In this document: positions 37,386 to 45,522 of the stretch, one piece after another
Numbering within the stretch: the first letter of the stretch is position 1
Layout: every line of letters begins with the position of its first letter
NCBI GenBank assembly: GCA_049322915.1
Contig: JBMOPW010000007.1
Location: 340,246 to 404,245 of the forward strand
Direction: 5' to 3'
Source: Candidatus Zhuqueibacterota bacterium
GTDB taxonomy: Bacteria > Zhuqueibacterota > Zhuqueibacteria > Thermofontimicrobiales > Thermofontimicrobiaceae
Length of the DNA stretch: 64,000 nt
The notes under the pieces: generated by a model
Told to the model about the DNA's origin: nothing
What the model saw: the letters and a program-made list of their open reading frames with translations, nothing else
Databases searched by the model: none
Made by a program: the position numbers and the translations under genes

Positions 37386-38252
37386 ATGAAACTATTGAAA
37401 AAGATAATACCTATTATTACACTCTACTTCTTCCTGTCGTTGACCATGTGGGCATTCGAAGGAAACGCGCAGGATGTTAAGGTCAGTTTGGAGCTGGAAC
37501 TGAATGCGCTTCCCGAGGAGAAACGCGAGAAGCTGGTCGACTTCAAACAGGTTCTGGAAGAGTATTGCAACAATTTTACCTGGACCAAAGGCGAATTCAT
37601 CGGTGAAATACCGATCAATTTGAATATTTTGATGCAGGATATCAGTGCCAGCTACGAAGACCGCTACAAATTACAGATCATTATTTCCAATAACAGCGAT
37701 GTTCAATATACCGATAAACGCTGCCGGATGGAGTATCAAAAGGGTGAGGTTCCCGTACACAGCGAGAACAATTGGGATTCGCTCACAAGCTTGATGGATT
37801 TTTTCATCAATATTGTCATTGGCGAAGAGATGGATAAGTTCGATCAATATCTCGGTACGTCCTATTTTGAAAGAGCGAAATTGATTGCAGAACAGGCCCG
37901 TTTTGGAATGGCGCAGTTCAACGAAGGCTGGGACCTGCGCGTTGAAATGATCAGCGATATTCTCAGCGATAATACTTTGAAATATCGTGAGATGAAAAAT
38001 TTCTACTTTTATGGACTCTATTTTTCTCATGAAGATCCAGTCAAAGCACGGACATATTGTAAAGAAGCGATTGATATGATTGAAGAAATTATGCCGACCG
38101 ACAATCCCAAATACAATCGCTGTAAAAACTTTCTCAAAGCCCATCACATCGAAATTGTTGAGTTGTTTAAAGATTCGGGTGATTCGACAATTTTTGAAAA
38201 GATGATACGTTTAGATCCTGAGCACGAACAGATTTACAGACAATTTTTATGA
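37386..38252 (+). CDS. DUF4835 family protein (T9SS-associated PorD-like)
   Basis: Signal peptide; NNFTWT, DSLTSLMDFFINIVIGEEMDKF...GTSYFERA...EGW...R pattern; ATG 37386 after AGGAG. Confidence 0.72.
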   Translation: MKLLKKIIPIITLYFFLSLTMWAFEGNAQDVKVSLELELNALPEEKREKLVDFKQVLEEYCNNFTWTKGEFIGEIPINLNILMQDISASYEDRYKLQIIISNNSDVQYTDKRCRMEYQKGEVPVHSENNWDSLTSLMDFFINIVIGEEMDKFDQYLGTSYFERAKLIAEQARFGMAQFNEGWDLRVEMISDILSDNTLKYREMKNFYFYGLYFSHEDPVKARTYCKEAIDMIEEIMPTDNPKYNRCKNFLKAHHIEIVELFKDSGDSTIFEKMIRLDPEHEQIYRQFL

Positions 38253-38255
38253 TCG

Positions 38256-39491
38256 TCAGTTGCCTGTGGTGAATGTCAAACTGAAATTCTTATCCAGTGA
38301 ATTGCCCCAGGCATCGGTGCAGGTGGTGTCGATAGTGACGGTATATGTCGTGAGCGCCGCCATTTTTGCTGTGCCCGTGTATTGAAATCGGCTCAAATCG
38401 TACCATTGAAAATTTCCTCCTTCCACTGCTGGTGTCAGCCGAAACGCGCGTTCTGTTTTTTCCTGGTTCACAAACGTGTTGAACGAGATTGAGATTGAAG
38501 CGGATCTGTTGACATAGGTTGCGCCATTTTCCGGGTAATTTGTTGAAACTGTCAGAGGTTCAGTTCTGAAAGCAAATGTCTTGACTTCGGTGAGCTGAGA
38601 GCCGAAAACATCGTTCGCCTTGCCATCAATCCTGACGGCGTAGAGCGTATTACTCGCCAGCGGAATATAGGGATAAAAGCTGACCTGTTTCAAGTTGTGC
38701 CAGTGCAGGACGCCATCCACCGCCGGGACGATGGAAAAGTTTTCATCGAATGTCGCACGATCCATATTTGAATTAAAAAAGATATATACGTATGTTGCCG
38801 GAGAAATGAAAGTCGCCTGGTCGGTCGGGCTTGTATTGGTTATTTTTATTCCCTCACTCTTGAAAGAAGCGGATAACTCGAAGGACAGGGTGTCCCCGTA
38901 AATAGTGTTGGCGTCCGTAGTCAATGTTATCTGATAGGTTGTATTGGTGGCGAACTGCTCGTCCGGGTAAAAATAGACTTTGCTTTTTTCGGCGCTATCC
39001 TCCCATCTGAAATATCCTGATACTTCAGGATCGAGGATGAAATTGGCTTCGACTGAAGAGTGCATCATGGGAGTGTTGAATTCGATGGAAATGGGGTAGG
39101 AGACAGGGTGAGACGTGGTTCCGTCTGCTGGATTCAGACCGGCGACCTGTTCGGGAAAGGGTTTTAAATAGACATCCTTAATCGCAGTCGTCCGTTGTGA
39201 ATACACAGAGATTTCATTGATGAACTGGCGGCCAAATCCCTCGGCTGAGAATTCCAGATTGTACACGCCGACCGCGACATTGGTCAGAATGAAATAGCCG
39301 GATGAATCAGTTTGAGTTGTTTGAATCAGCTTCCCCTGAAGCAGATTGACCTGGGCGATAATGCCAGACGGCTTTATCAACCCGGCAATTTTCCCAAAAC
39401 TCTCTTCAATCGAGTAAGGCTGTTCTTCTGTGCACGTGAGTGTGAACAGAAGTAACATAGCCAGGCTAAAGTGCCAGCAATTACGACGCAA
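38256..39491 (-). CDS. Lipoprotein with carboxypeptidase-regulatory-like domain and three Big_5 (SbsA Ig-like) domains
   Basis: TQTDSSGYFILTNVAVGVYNL; repeated P.DG.T.V....ISIEFN..M...SVE..F units. TTG 39491 follows GGAGG (ORF track start 39533); lipobox TLTC. Confidence 0.75.
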   Translation of the reverse strand: MRRNCWHFSLAMLLLFTLTCTEEQPYSIEESFGKIAGLIKPSGIIAQVNLLQGKLIQTTQTDSSGYFILTNVAVGVYNLEFSAEGFGRQFINEISVYSQRTTAIKDVYLKPFPEQVAGLNPADGTTSHPVSYPISIEFNTPMMHSSVEANFILDPEVSGYFRWEDSAEKSKVYFYPDEQFATNTTYQITLTTDANTIYGDTLSFELSASFKSEGIKITNTSPTDQATFISPATYVYIFFNSNMDRATFDENFSIVPAVDGVLHWHNLKQVSFYPYIPLASNTLYAVRIDGKANDVFGSQLTEVKTFAFRTEPLTVSTNYPENGATYVNRSASISISFNTFVNQEKTERAFRLTPAVEGGNFQWYDLSRFQYTGTAKMAALTTYTVTIDTTCTDAWGNSLDKNFSLTFTTGN

Positions 39492-39651
39492 GCTGCCCTC
39501 CCAGTACCTTTTAGTTCTCAATAGAATTAACATGTTAACAATTAAATAAGATTTTTTATCAATGTCAAGCTATTTTTCGTATGTCCGCATCTGGTGGCCA
39601 GTGAAAGGATTCAAATTCACGGGCCGGCGATTAAGGAATTGTAAATTTTGC

Positions 39652-39680
39652 TTGCAATTTTTCTTTAAATATGTTAAACT
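39652..39680 (+). promoter_or_regulatory. Putative sigma70-type promoter ~400 nt upstream of the solute-binding protein
   Basis: TTGCAA-N17-TAAACT with TG extension. Confidence 0.5.
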
Positions 39681-40084
39681 AAAGACTCAATGTTACGAGT
39701 GCAAGAATACCATCAGACGGAAGGAATCGCTATTTCTTTTTGTTGAAAATTGAGCGCACTTTTCCAATTCGATGAGAGATGGAAAGCGGTGGTGCTGAGT
39801 TTAACCGCATCGGATGAACGGGATGAAGGCATAGAGCCAACTCAAAGCGGAGTTGCTCTATAATGTGAGGACGGCTGTCGCGTGGAGTCATTATAGAATA
39901 TCAAAGCATTCTGGCGATCTGCCGTCGAAACAGTACCAATCGCTGATGTCGGTTTTAAGAGCGTTTCTCATCAAGGAATGACTGACTGGATTTTCGATGT
40001 AAAAAGACAAGGTCGGGTGTTGCATTTTCGGGCGCCTGGAATTTGGAAAATTAGAAAATTTATTCAAATGGAGATTTAGAAATT

Positions 40085-41314
40085 TTGGGTAAACAATTCT
40101 TCATAATTTTCGCTCCTCTGTGCAGAAAATCCATGTGGATGCTGATGTTCGTGCTGGTTCATTCCCCTCACCTTGCTTCCCAATCTTTTTCACCAGAAAA
40201 CATATCGAATGTAATTGTCGGTGAAGTCATCGGTAAAGTTGACCCGGTGGACATTGATTCTTTAATTCGAACCGGCTACTATCCATTAATTTCTTCGGAA
40301 TGGCCAATTCCCTACAGGCGTGTGCCCGAGAAATCGAGCATGACGCGCATAGCTTATCAGTTTGAGTATCCCGGCACAAATTTTCAGAATCATCCCAAAG
40401 AAGTAGTGTTCCGTTTTTTTGATTCGGAGCAAAGCCTAATCGCTGCCATCATTACCGACCAGGTTGATTTTGCCTTGACGGAAAGTCGCTTCGCTGCCAT
40501 GGAAGTCGAAAAATCGACCCTCGCCTATCGGATCCATTTTCGTTACAAGCTTCCCAATTACGTGAAGCTGTTGGCCTACAACAATGAGAATCCATTATTA
40601 AAGGATTCAGTTATCCGCAAGGCATTGACGTATGCGATTGATCGAAATTACATTATTGAGCGATTGCTCAATCAAAGCGCCTACAGCGCCGATGGACCAT
40701 TGTCCAAGGAAGCGCAGCTCCATTCGACAAATCTGGATGAGTATGATTATAATCCGCGCAAGGCGCAACAATTGCTGGCCGCTGAGAATTGGGAAGATGT
40801 CAACAACGATGGCATTCTCGAGAAAAATGGGAAGCCGTTCCGGCTTGTGCTCACCTACGAAAAAGGCGCATTGCTGGATGAACAGATCGTTCGGTTGATT
40901 AAAATTGAATGGAGCAAGTTGGGCATCGATGTGACGAGAAATCCGTTGATCAAATCGGAAATAAAACAGGTGATGAAACAGCGCGATTATGATGTCCTGC
41001 TCATGAACTATCAGTTCCATGAAACAATCGAGAGTTTTGAAGATTTTTTTCAAAGCAGCGGACCGAACAATATTTTGAATTATGCGAGCGATCGGGTAGA
41101 CCGCTATTTTCAACGGTATCGGCTTGTTCCGAAGCAATCCCAAAAAGAGATATTTAAAGAAGGCATTCAAATAGAAATTAATAAAGATCACCCGGCCGCG
41201 TTTTTATTCTTTCTATGGCTGGACCATTATTTTGTAAATCGCTCCAAGTTCAGGAATTTCCAGGATTCAAAGGGCAAGTTGCTGCCGTTCACCGATTGGA
41301 TTCTCATAAAGTAA
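40085..41314 (+). CDS. ABC-type family 5 (peptide/nickel) solute-binding-like protein, shortened
   Basis: LKDSVIRKALTYAIDR, YDYNPRKAQQLLAAENWEDVNNDGILEKNGKPF, EWSKLGIDV. Start uncertain (TTG 40085 or a nearby downstream ATG). Confidence 0.8.
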   Translation: MGKQFFIIFAPLCRKSMWMLMFVLVHSPHLASQSFSPENISNVIVGEVIGKVDPVDIDSLIRTGYYPLISSEWPIPYRRVPEKSSMTRIAYQFEYPGTNFQNHPKEVVFRFFDSEQSLIAAIITDQVDFALTESRFAAMEVEKSTLAYRIHFRYKLPNYVKLLAYNNENPLLKDSVIRKALTYAIDRNYIIERLLNQSAYSADGPLSKEAQLHSTNLDEYDYNPRKAQQLLAAENWEDVNNDGILEKNGKPFRLVLTYEKGALLDEQIVRLIKIEWSKLGIDVTRNPLIKSEIKQVMKQRDYDVLLMNYQFHETIESFEDFFQSSGPNNILNYASDRVDRYFQRYRLVPKQSQKEIFKEGIQIEINKDHPAAFLFFLWLDHYFVNRSKFRNFQDSKGKLLPFTDWILIK

Positions 41315-41323
41315 ACATGCTGA

Positions 41324-43099
41324 ATGAAGACTCAACAGCGCATAAAATTAAAACATCGGTTTATTACCAAACTGCTGATATCGCACATTCTGCTCGCATC
41401 CATCCCGATTATCCTCACGGGCATTGTTTTAATTCATACCGCGCAAAACGCTGTTGAAGTGACGGTCAAAGATCAGAACATGAAGCTGGCCCGGCACATT
41501 GCTAAAAACATAACGCTCACCATTGAGAACGCCGAAAACATCTTGAAATACAATGCCGAAAATGTGCTCAGCACGCGGCAGAATAGCCTGGCTCAGGAAA
41601 TTGACATCAATACCATGGTCCATCAATTCCCCATTTTTCGCGCCATCAAATTGTTGAATGATTCGGCCCGTGTCATTATTTCGACGATCATTGCCGACAG
41701 GAATACAGATTATCGCCACGAAGATTTTGTACCACAGGTGCTCGACGATATCGGCTTTAAATCTGAAGTTTACCTCTCAGACGAAATGCTCCCGGTCATG
41801 CAAATTGCTGAACCCACGCGACTATTCAACGGAAAGGATGGCGTACTCCTGGCTGAGGTAAATTTGAAAGACCTGCTTGAACTGGTGGAATACAGCATCA
41901 TCGGCTCGGAGGGCGAGGCATTTGTATTTGGAAAAAGTGGCCAGTACGTGGCTCACTCTGAGCGGAAGAAGGTCTATCTCAAAGAGCGATTCACCGAGGA
42001 GGCGATTCTCCGGGACTTCTTCAATAATTTTAATAATCAGCGCGTGTACAAAAATTCGACCGGTGTGGAAATGGTGGCTGCTTATGTCATCCTTTCCGAA
42101 TTGAGTTGGGGAGTGGTGGTTCAGCAACCCACAAAGGAAGCGTTTGCCGTGGCGCGGAAGATGAGCGGCCAGATTCTTTTGTTTGTGGGCTTCAGCATCC
42201 TGCTGTCATCGCTGATCGCGTTTGTGTATACACGCTGGATTGTCACCCCGGTGAATCAACTGGTTTCAGGCATCGATAAATTTGCAACCGGAGATTTGAA
42301 ATACCGCATCCCCATGCTGGGGACGGATGAGGTGTCCATGCTGGCTGGCCGATTCAATGAAATGGCCGAGAAACTGACTCAATTTCAGGAGAAATTGAAA
42401 CGGACAGAACGTTTGGAAACGCTCAGCAAAATGGCTTCTGTCCTTTCCCATGAAATTAAAAATCCGCTAAATGCTATGGTTGTCAATATGCAGGTGATGG
42501 AACGCGAGTTCAACCGGAGTGAACCGAAAATTTCAAAACTCAGACATTATCTGGGCGTCGTGGCCGGAGAAATTCAGCGCGTTGATGATCTTGTCAATAA
42601 TTTTTTAATGGTCGCGCGTCCCCCTAAATTAGATCGCAAACCGGAAAATATGGATAAAGTGCTCGATGAGATCATCATTTCTCAACAGGCAGAGGCCTTG
42701 CAATCCGGCGTGAGAATCAAACGGCGTTACCAGGGAGCCGATGTGAGCTTGCTCATCGATGTCACGAAAATCAAACAGGTGTTTCTGAATATTCTCTTGA
42801 ACGCGATTCAAGCCATGCCGGGCGGCGGCAATTTGACAATTGAACTTGAAGTCGTTCGTTCCGAGATAAAGGGGATTTACAAAACGTGGATCGTCACCCG
42901 TTTCAAAGATGATGGCAAAGGCATGAAAAAAGAGCACATCGCAAACATTTTTGACTTCTATTACTCGACGAAGCCGGGTGGCTCCGGACTGGGGCTTTCT
43001 ATTGCCCAGCAAATCGTTGAAGAGCATGGGGGACGCATTGAAGTGGAGAGCGAAGAGGGAAAAGGCAGCGTGTTCTCAGTCTTTTTGCCCAAAAGTTAA
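41324..43099 (+). CDS. Sensor histidine kinase (Cache, HAMP, HisKA, HATPase)
   Basis: Two TMs flanking a Cache-like domain (YVAHSE, WGVVVQQP), HAMP, SHEIKNPLN, NILLNAIQAM, GSGLGLSI. Confidence 0.93.
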   Translation: MKTQQRIKLKHRFITKLLISHILLASIPIILTGIVLIHTAQNAVEVTVKDQNMKLARHIAKNITLTIENAENILKYNAENVLSTRQNSLAQEIDINTMVHQFPIFRAIKLLNDSARVIISTIIADRNTDYRHEDFVPQVLDDIGFKSEVYLSDEMLPVMQIAEPTRLFNGKDGVLLAEVNLKDLLELVEYSIIGSEGEAFVFGKSGQYVAHSERKKVYLKERFTEEAILRDFFNNFNNQRVYKNSTGVEMVAAYVILSELSWGVVVQQPTKEAFAVARKMSGQILLFVGFSILLSSLIAFVYTRWIVTPVNQLVSGIDKFATGDLKYRIPMLGTDEVSMLAGRFNEMAEKLTQFQEKLKRTERLETLSKMASVLSHEIKNPLNAMVVNMQVMEREFNRSEPKISKLRHYLGVVAGEIQRVDDLVNNFLMVARPPKLDRKPENMDKVLDEIIISQQAEALQSGVRIKRRYQGADVSLLIDVTKIKQVFLNILLNAIQAMPGGGNLTIELEVVRSEIKGIYKTWIVTRFKDDGKGMKKEHIANIFDFYYSTKPGGSGLGLSIAQQIVEEHGGRIEVESEEGKGSVFSVFLPKS

Positions 43100-43150
43100 A
43101 AAAATTTCATGTGAAAAATTAGAAAAAAAACACTTTTTTAAATCAAGTGC

Positions 43151-43179
43151 TTGACTTCTGGGGATTTATTTGTTATATT
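43151..43179 (+). promoter_or_regulatory. Strong putative sigma70-type promoter ~810 nt upstream of rpsU
   Basis: TTGACT-N17-TATATT with TG extension and AT-rich upstream region. Confidence 0.65.
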
Positions 43180-43185
43180 AAAATT

Positions 43186-43860
43186 CGGATTTAAGAAATG
43201 AGAGGTGGATGTAGCGATTGTATCTGCCTGAAGCTATGGGGTCTGAACCGCTGTTAAAAAGAGATAATTGAAAAAGGCGTCAGGCCAATCCAGGCATAGC
43301 TCGATCAGTGCAAGGTGAATGATTGATAGCATGAGTTCGGTGTAAACCTGTGTATCCAAATGCTTCGGAGACAGAGGCGGTATGCACAGGTTTATTTGTA
43401 GCTTTCCGGTTTTTTGATCGGGACGCCGAGCGGTACGGAGGTGCGGTTGTTGTTTGAAGCTACGCCACGGATCATTTGATTCAATAATCGATTTCGAAGT
43501 CATAACATTGAGGGCGCCCTGCCGACCAGATTTGATATTGCGAAGATTCTATCGGCCTGATACCGTGACCGATTCATTCAATCCCACCTTTATTGGAATT
43601 TCGCGAATATCATTCATCTCCTGGTAAAGTGGAAAATGTCTCGGCCAAAAGTCAGATTTCGAATGAACGTACCGTGTTAAGAAAAGGAGTGTGGCATCCG
43701 AGATTTGAAAGGCGGCGACAACCAACCAAAATTTCGAGCGTGAGTTCTATCAAAGAAGTTGATACAATTACAGCGGATAGCATAAAATAAATCGATTATA
43801 GTCACGACGGGGATCCCGATGAAGGTTATGCATCCGGGTTCCGAAATACCAGCCTGAAAA
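43186..43860 (+). ncRNA. Candidate large structured ncRNA or long leader of rpsU (family unrecognised)
   Basis: No credible ORF; follows a strong promoter; several helices paired by eye (43343-43355/43382-43394, 43398-43405/43456-43463, 43534-43551/43594-43611, 43808-43843). Confidence 0.4.
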
Positions 43861-43995
43861 AGTTAGATTTTTTTCCAAAATATTTTAAATAATTATTTTA
43901 GTTTAGGAACTTTAGCTGAACGCGTGAGTATATAAACAGTCTATTCCAAATTAAAATTTCATAACAATTCACCACGAGAGAAAGGGTATGATTGA

Positions 43996-44184
43996 ATGAT
44001 AAAAGTAGTAATCGGGAGCCATGAGTCTATTGATCGAGCGATAATCCGTTTTAAAAAAAAATGCCAACAAGCGGGTATTCTGCGGGACGTCAAGAAAAAC
44101 AGTTTTTTTCTCAAGCCAAGTGAAAGAAAAAGAATGAAGCACGACAAAGCTGTGCGACGACAGTTGAGATTTCCAGATAGATAA
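43996..44184 (+). CDS. rpsU: 30S ribosomal protein bS21
   Basis: 62 aa; ESIDRAIIRFKKKCQQAGIL...FFLKPSERKR. Confidence 0.93.
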   Translation: MIKVVIGSHESIDRAIIRFKKKCQQAGILRDVKKNSFFLKPSERKRMKHDKAVRRQLRFPDR

Positions 44185-44397
44185 GCTGCATCTGTTGAGA
44201 AAAAAAGGGATGATTGAGCAAATTGGGACCTTCTTTGATAGAGGAAAAATATATTCACTACTTCAGCAACCACACATTCCATCCTATCTTATTCCTGTTA
44301 ATAATTAAGCTCAAATATTTATGTTAACAAAAAATAATTTTCTGTAAGATTTTTGAATAGTGTGTATTAAATAAAGAATGAATTTGTTGGATATGGT

Positions 44398-45255
44398 ATG
44401 GCAAAGAAGAAAAAAGTAGTAGGACCACGAACGAAACAATCTATCGAAAAGTACTTGGAAGAAATTGGAGGTTTCTCTCCATTACGACCTGAAGAAGAAA
44501 TCGATCTCGCACGTAGCATTCGTAAGGGAAATGAAGAAGCTTTGGACAAATTGGTCAAAGCGAATTTGCGGTTTGTCATTAGTGTTGCCAAAGAGTATCA
44601 GGGCCAGGGATTACCTTTGCAGGATCTCATCAGTGAAGGGAATTTGGGCCTGATCAAAGCAGCGCAACGGTTTGATGAAACGCGAGGATTCAAATTTATT
44701 TCATACGCGGTCTGGTGGATTCGGCAGTCCATTTTACAGGCATTGGCTGAACAATCGCGCGTCGTCCGTCTGCCATTGAATCGAGTGGGTGCAATCAACA
44801 AAATCGGACGGGCGCTGGAATCCCTTGAAAAGACATTTGGCCGCGAGCCAAGCATGGATGAAGTGGCTACAAAGATGGAAATGAGTGTGTACGAAGTCGC
44901 TGATGTCGTTAAAACCTCGGCGCGCCATCTCTCACTGGATGAACCATTCAAAGAAGAGGATGGCAATAGCCTTCTGGACGTCATTGAGAGCGATCGCTAT
45001 GCACCGCCCGATAATACATTAATGAGAGAATCTCTTCAGGTAGAAATTGATAAAGTACTTTCGACGCTCAAGCCGAGAGAAGCTGAAATCATCAAACTTT
45101 ACTTTGGGCTGGAGGGGGATAGGCCGTTGACGCTTGAAGAAATTGGTGAACATTTTAAATTAACCCGCGAAAGGGTTCGACAGATCAAAGAAAAAGCGTT
45201 GCGCAGACTCCGACATAGATCCCGATTAGAGCCACTCAGAAAATATCTTGGCTGA
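44398..45255 (+). CDS. rpoD: RNA polymerase sigma factor, RpoD/SigA family, short form without region 1.1
   Basis: ANLRFVISVAKEYQ, DLISEGNLGL, FDETRGFKFISYAVWWIRQSILQALAEQSR, TLEEIG...LTRERVRQIKEKA; 285 aa. Confidence 0.93.
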   Translation: MAKKKKVVGPRTKQSIEKYLEEIGGFSPLRPEEEIDLARSIRKGNEEALDKLVKANLRFVISVAKEYQGQGLPLQDLISEGNLGLIKAAQRFDETRGFKFISYAVWWIRQSILQALAEQSRVVRLPLNRVGAINKIGRALESLEKTFGREPSMDEVATKMEMSVYEVADVVKTSARHLSLDEPFKEEDGNSLLDVIESDRYAPPDNTLMRESLQVEIDKVLSTLKPREAEIIKLYFGLEGDRPLTLEEIGEHFKLTRERVRQIKEKALRRLRHRSRLEPLRKYLG

Positions 45256-45278
45256 CAAAAATTTCATTGTACAAATTT

Positions 45279-45315
45279 AACAGCCCTCCCTGGTTATCCG
45301 GTGAGGGCTGTTTTA
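45279..45315 (+). terminator. Intrinsic terminator after rpoD
   Basis: AACAGCCCTC...GAGGGCTGTT followed by a T-rich tail. Confidence 0.7.
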
Positions 45316-45522
45316 ATTTAGTCGGCTAATATAAATTTTACAGAACTCATTCTCGATTTTCAAGTTTAAAATAGTGCATGAGACAGGTTCGGCAGGTGCA
45401 TTTGCCGACTGAAACTCGATCAGTCTGCATGCGATTACTCCCTGGATGATGCATCATTTGGTGACCACGTTGCGGATTGGGGAGAAGTACTTCGTCTTGT
45501 TCACAAAACCTGGAGCCACATA

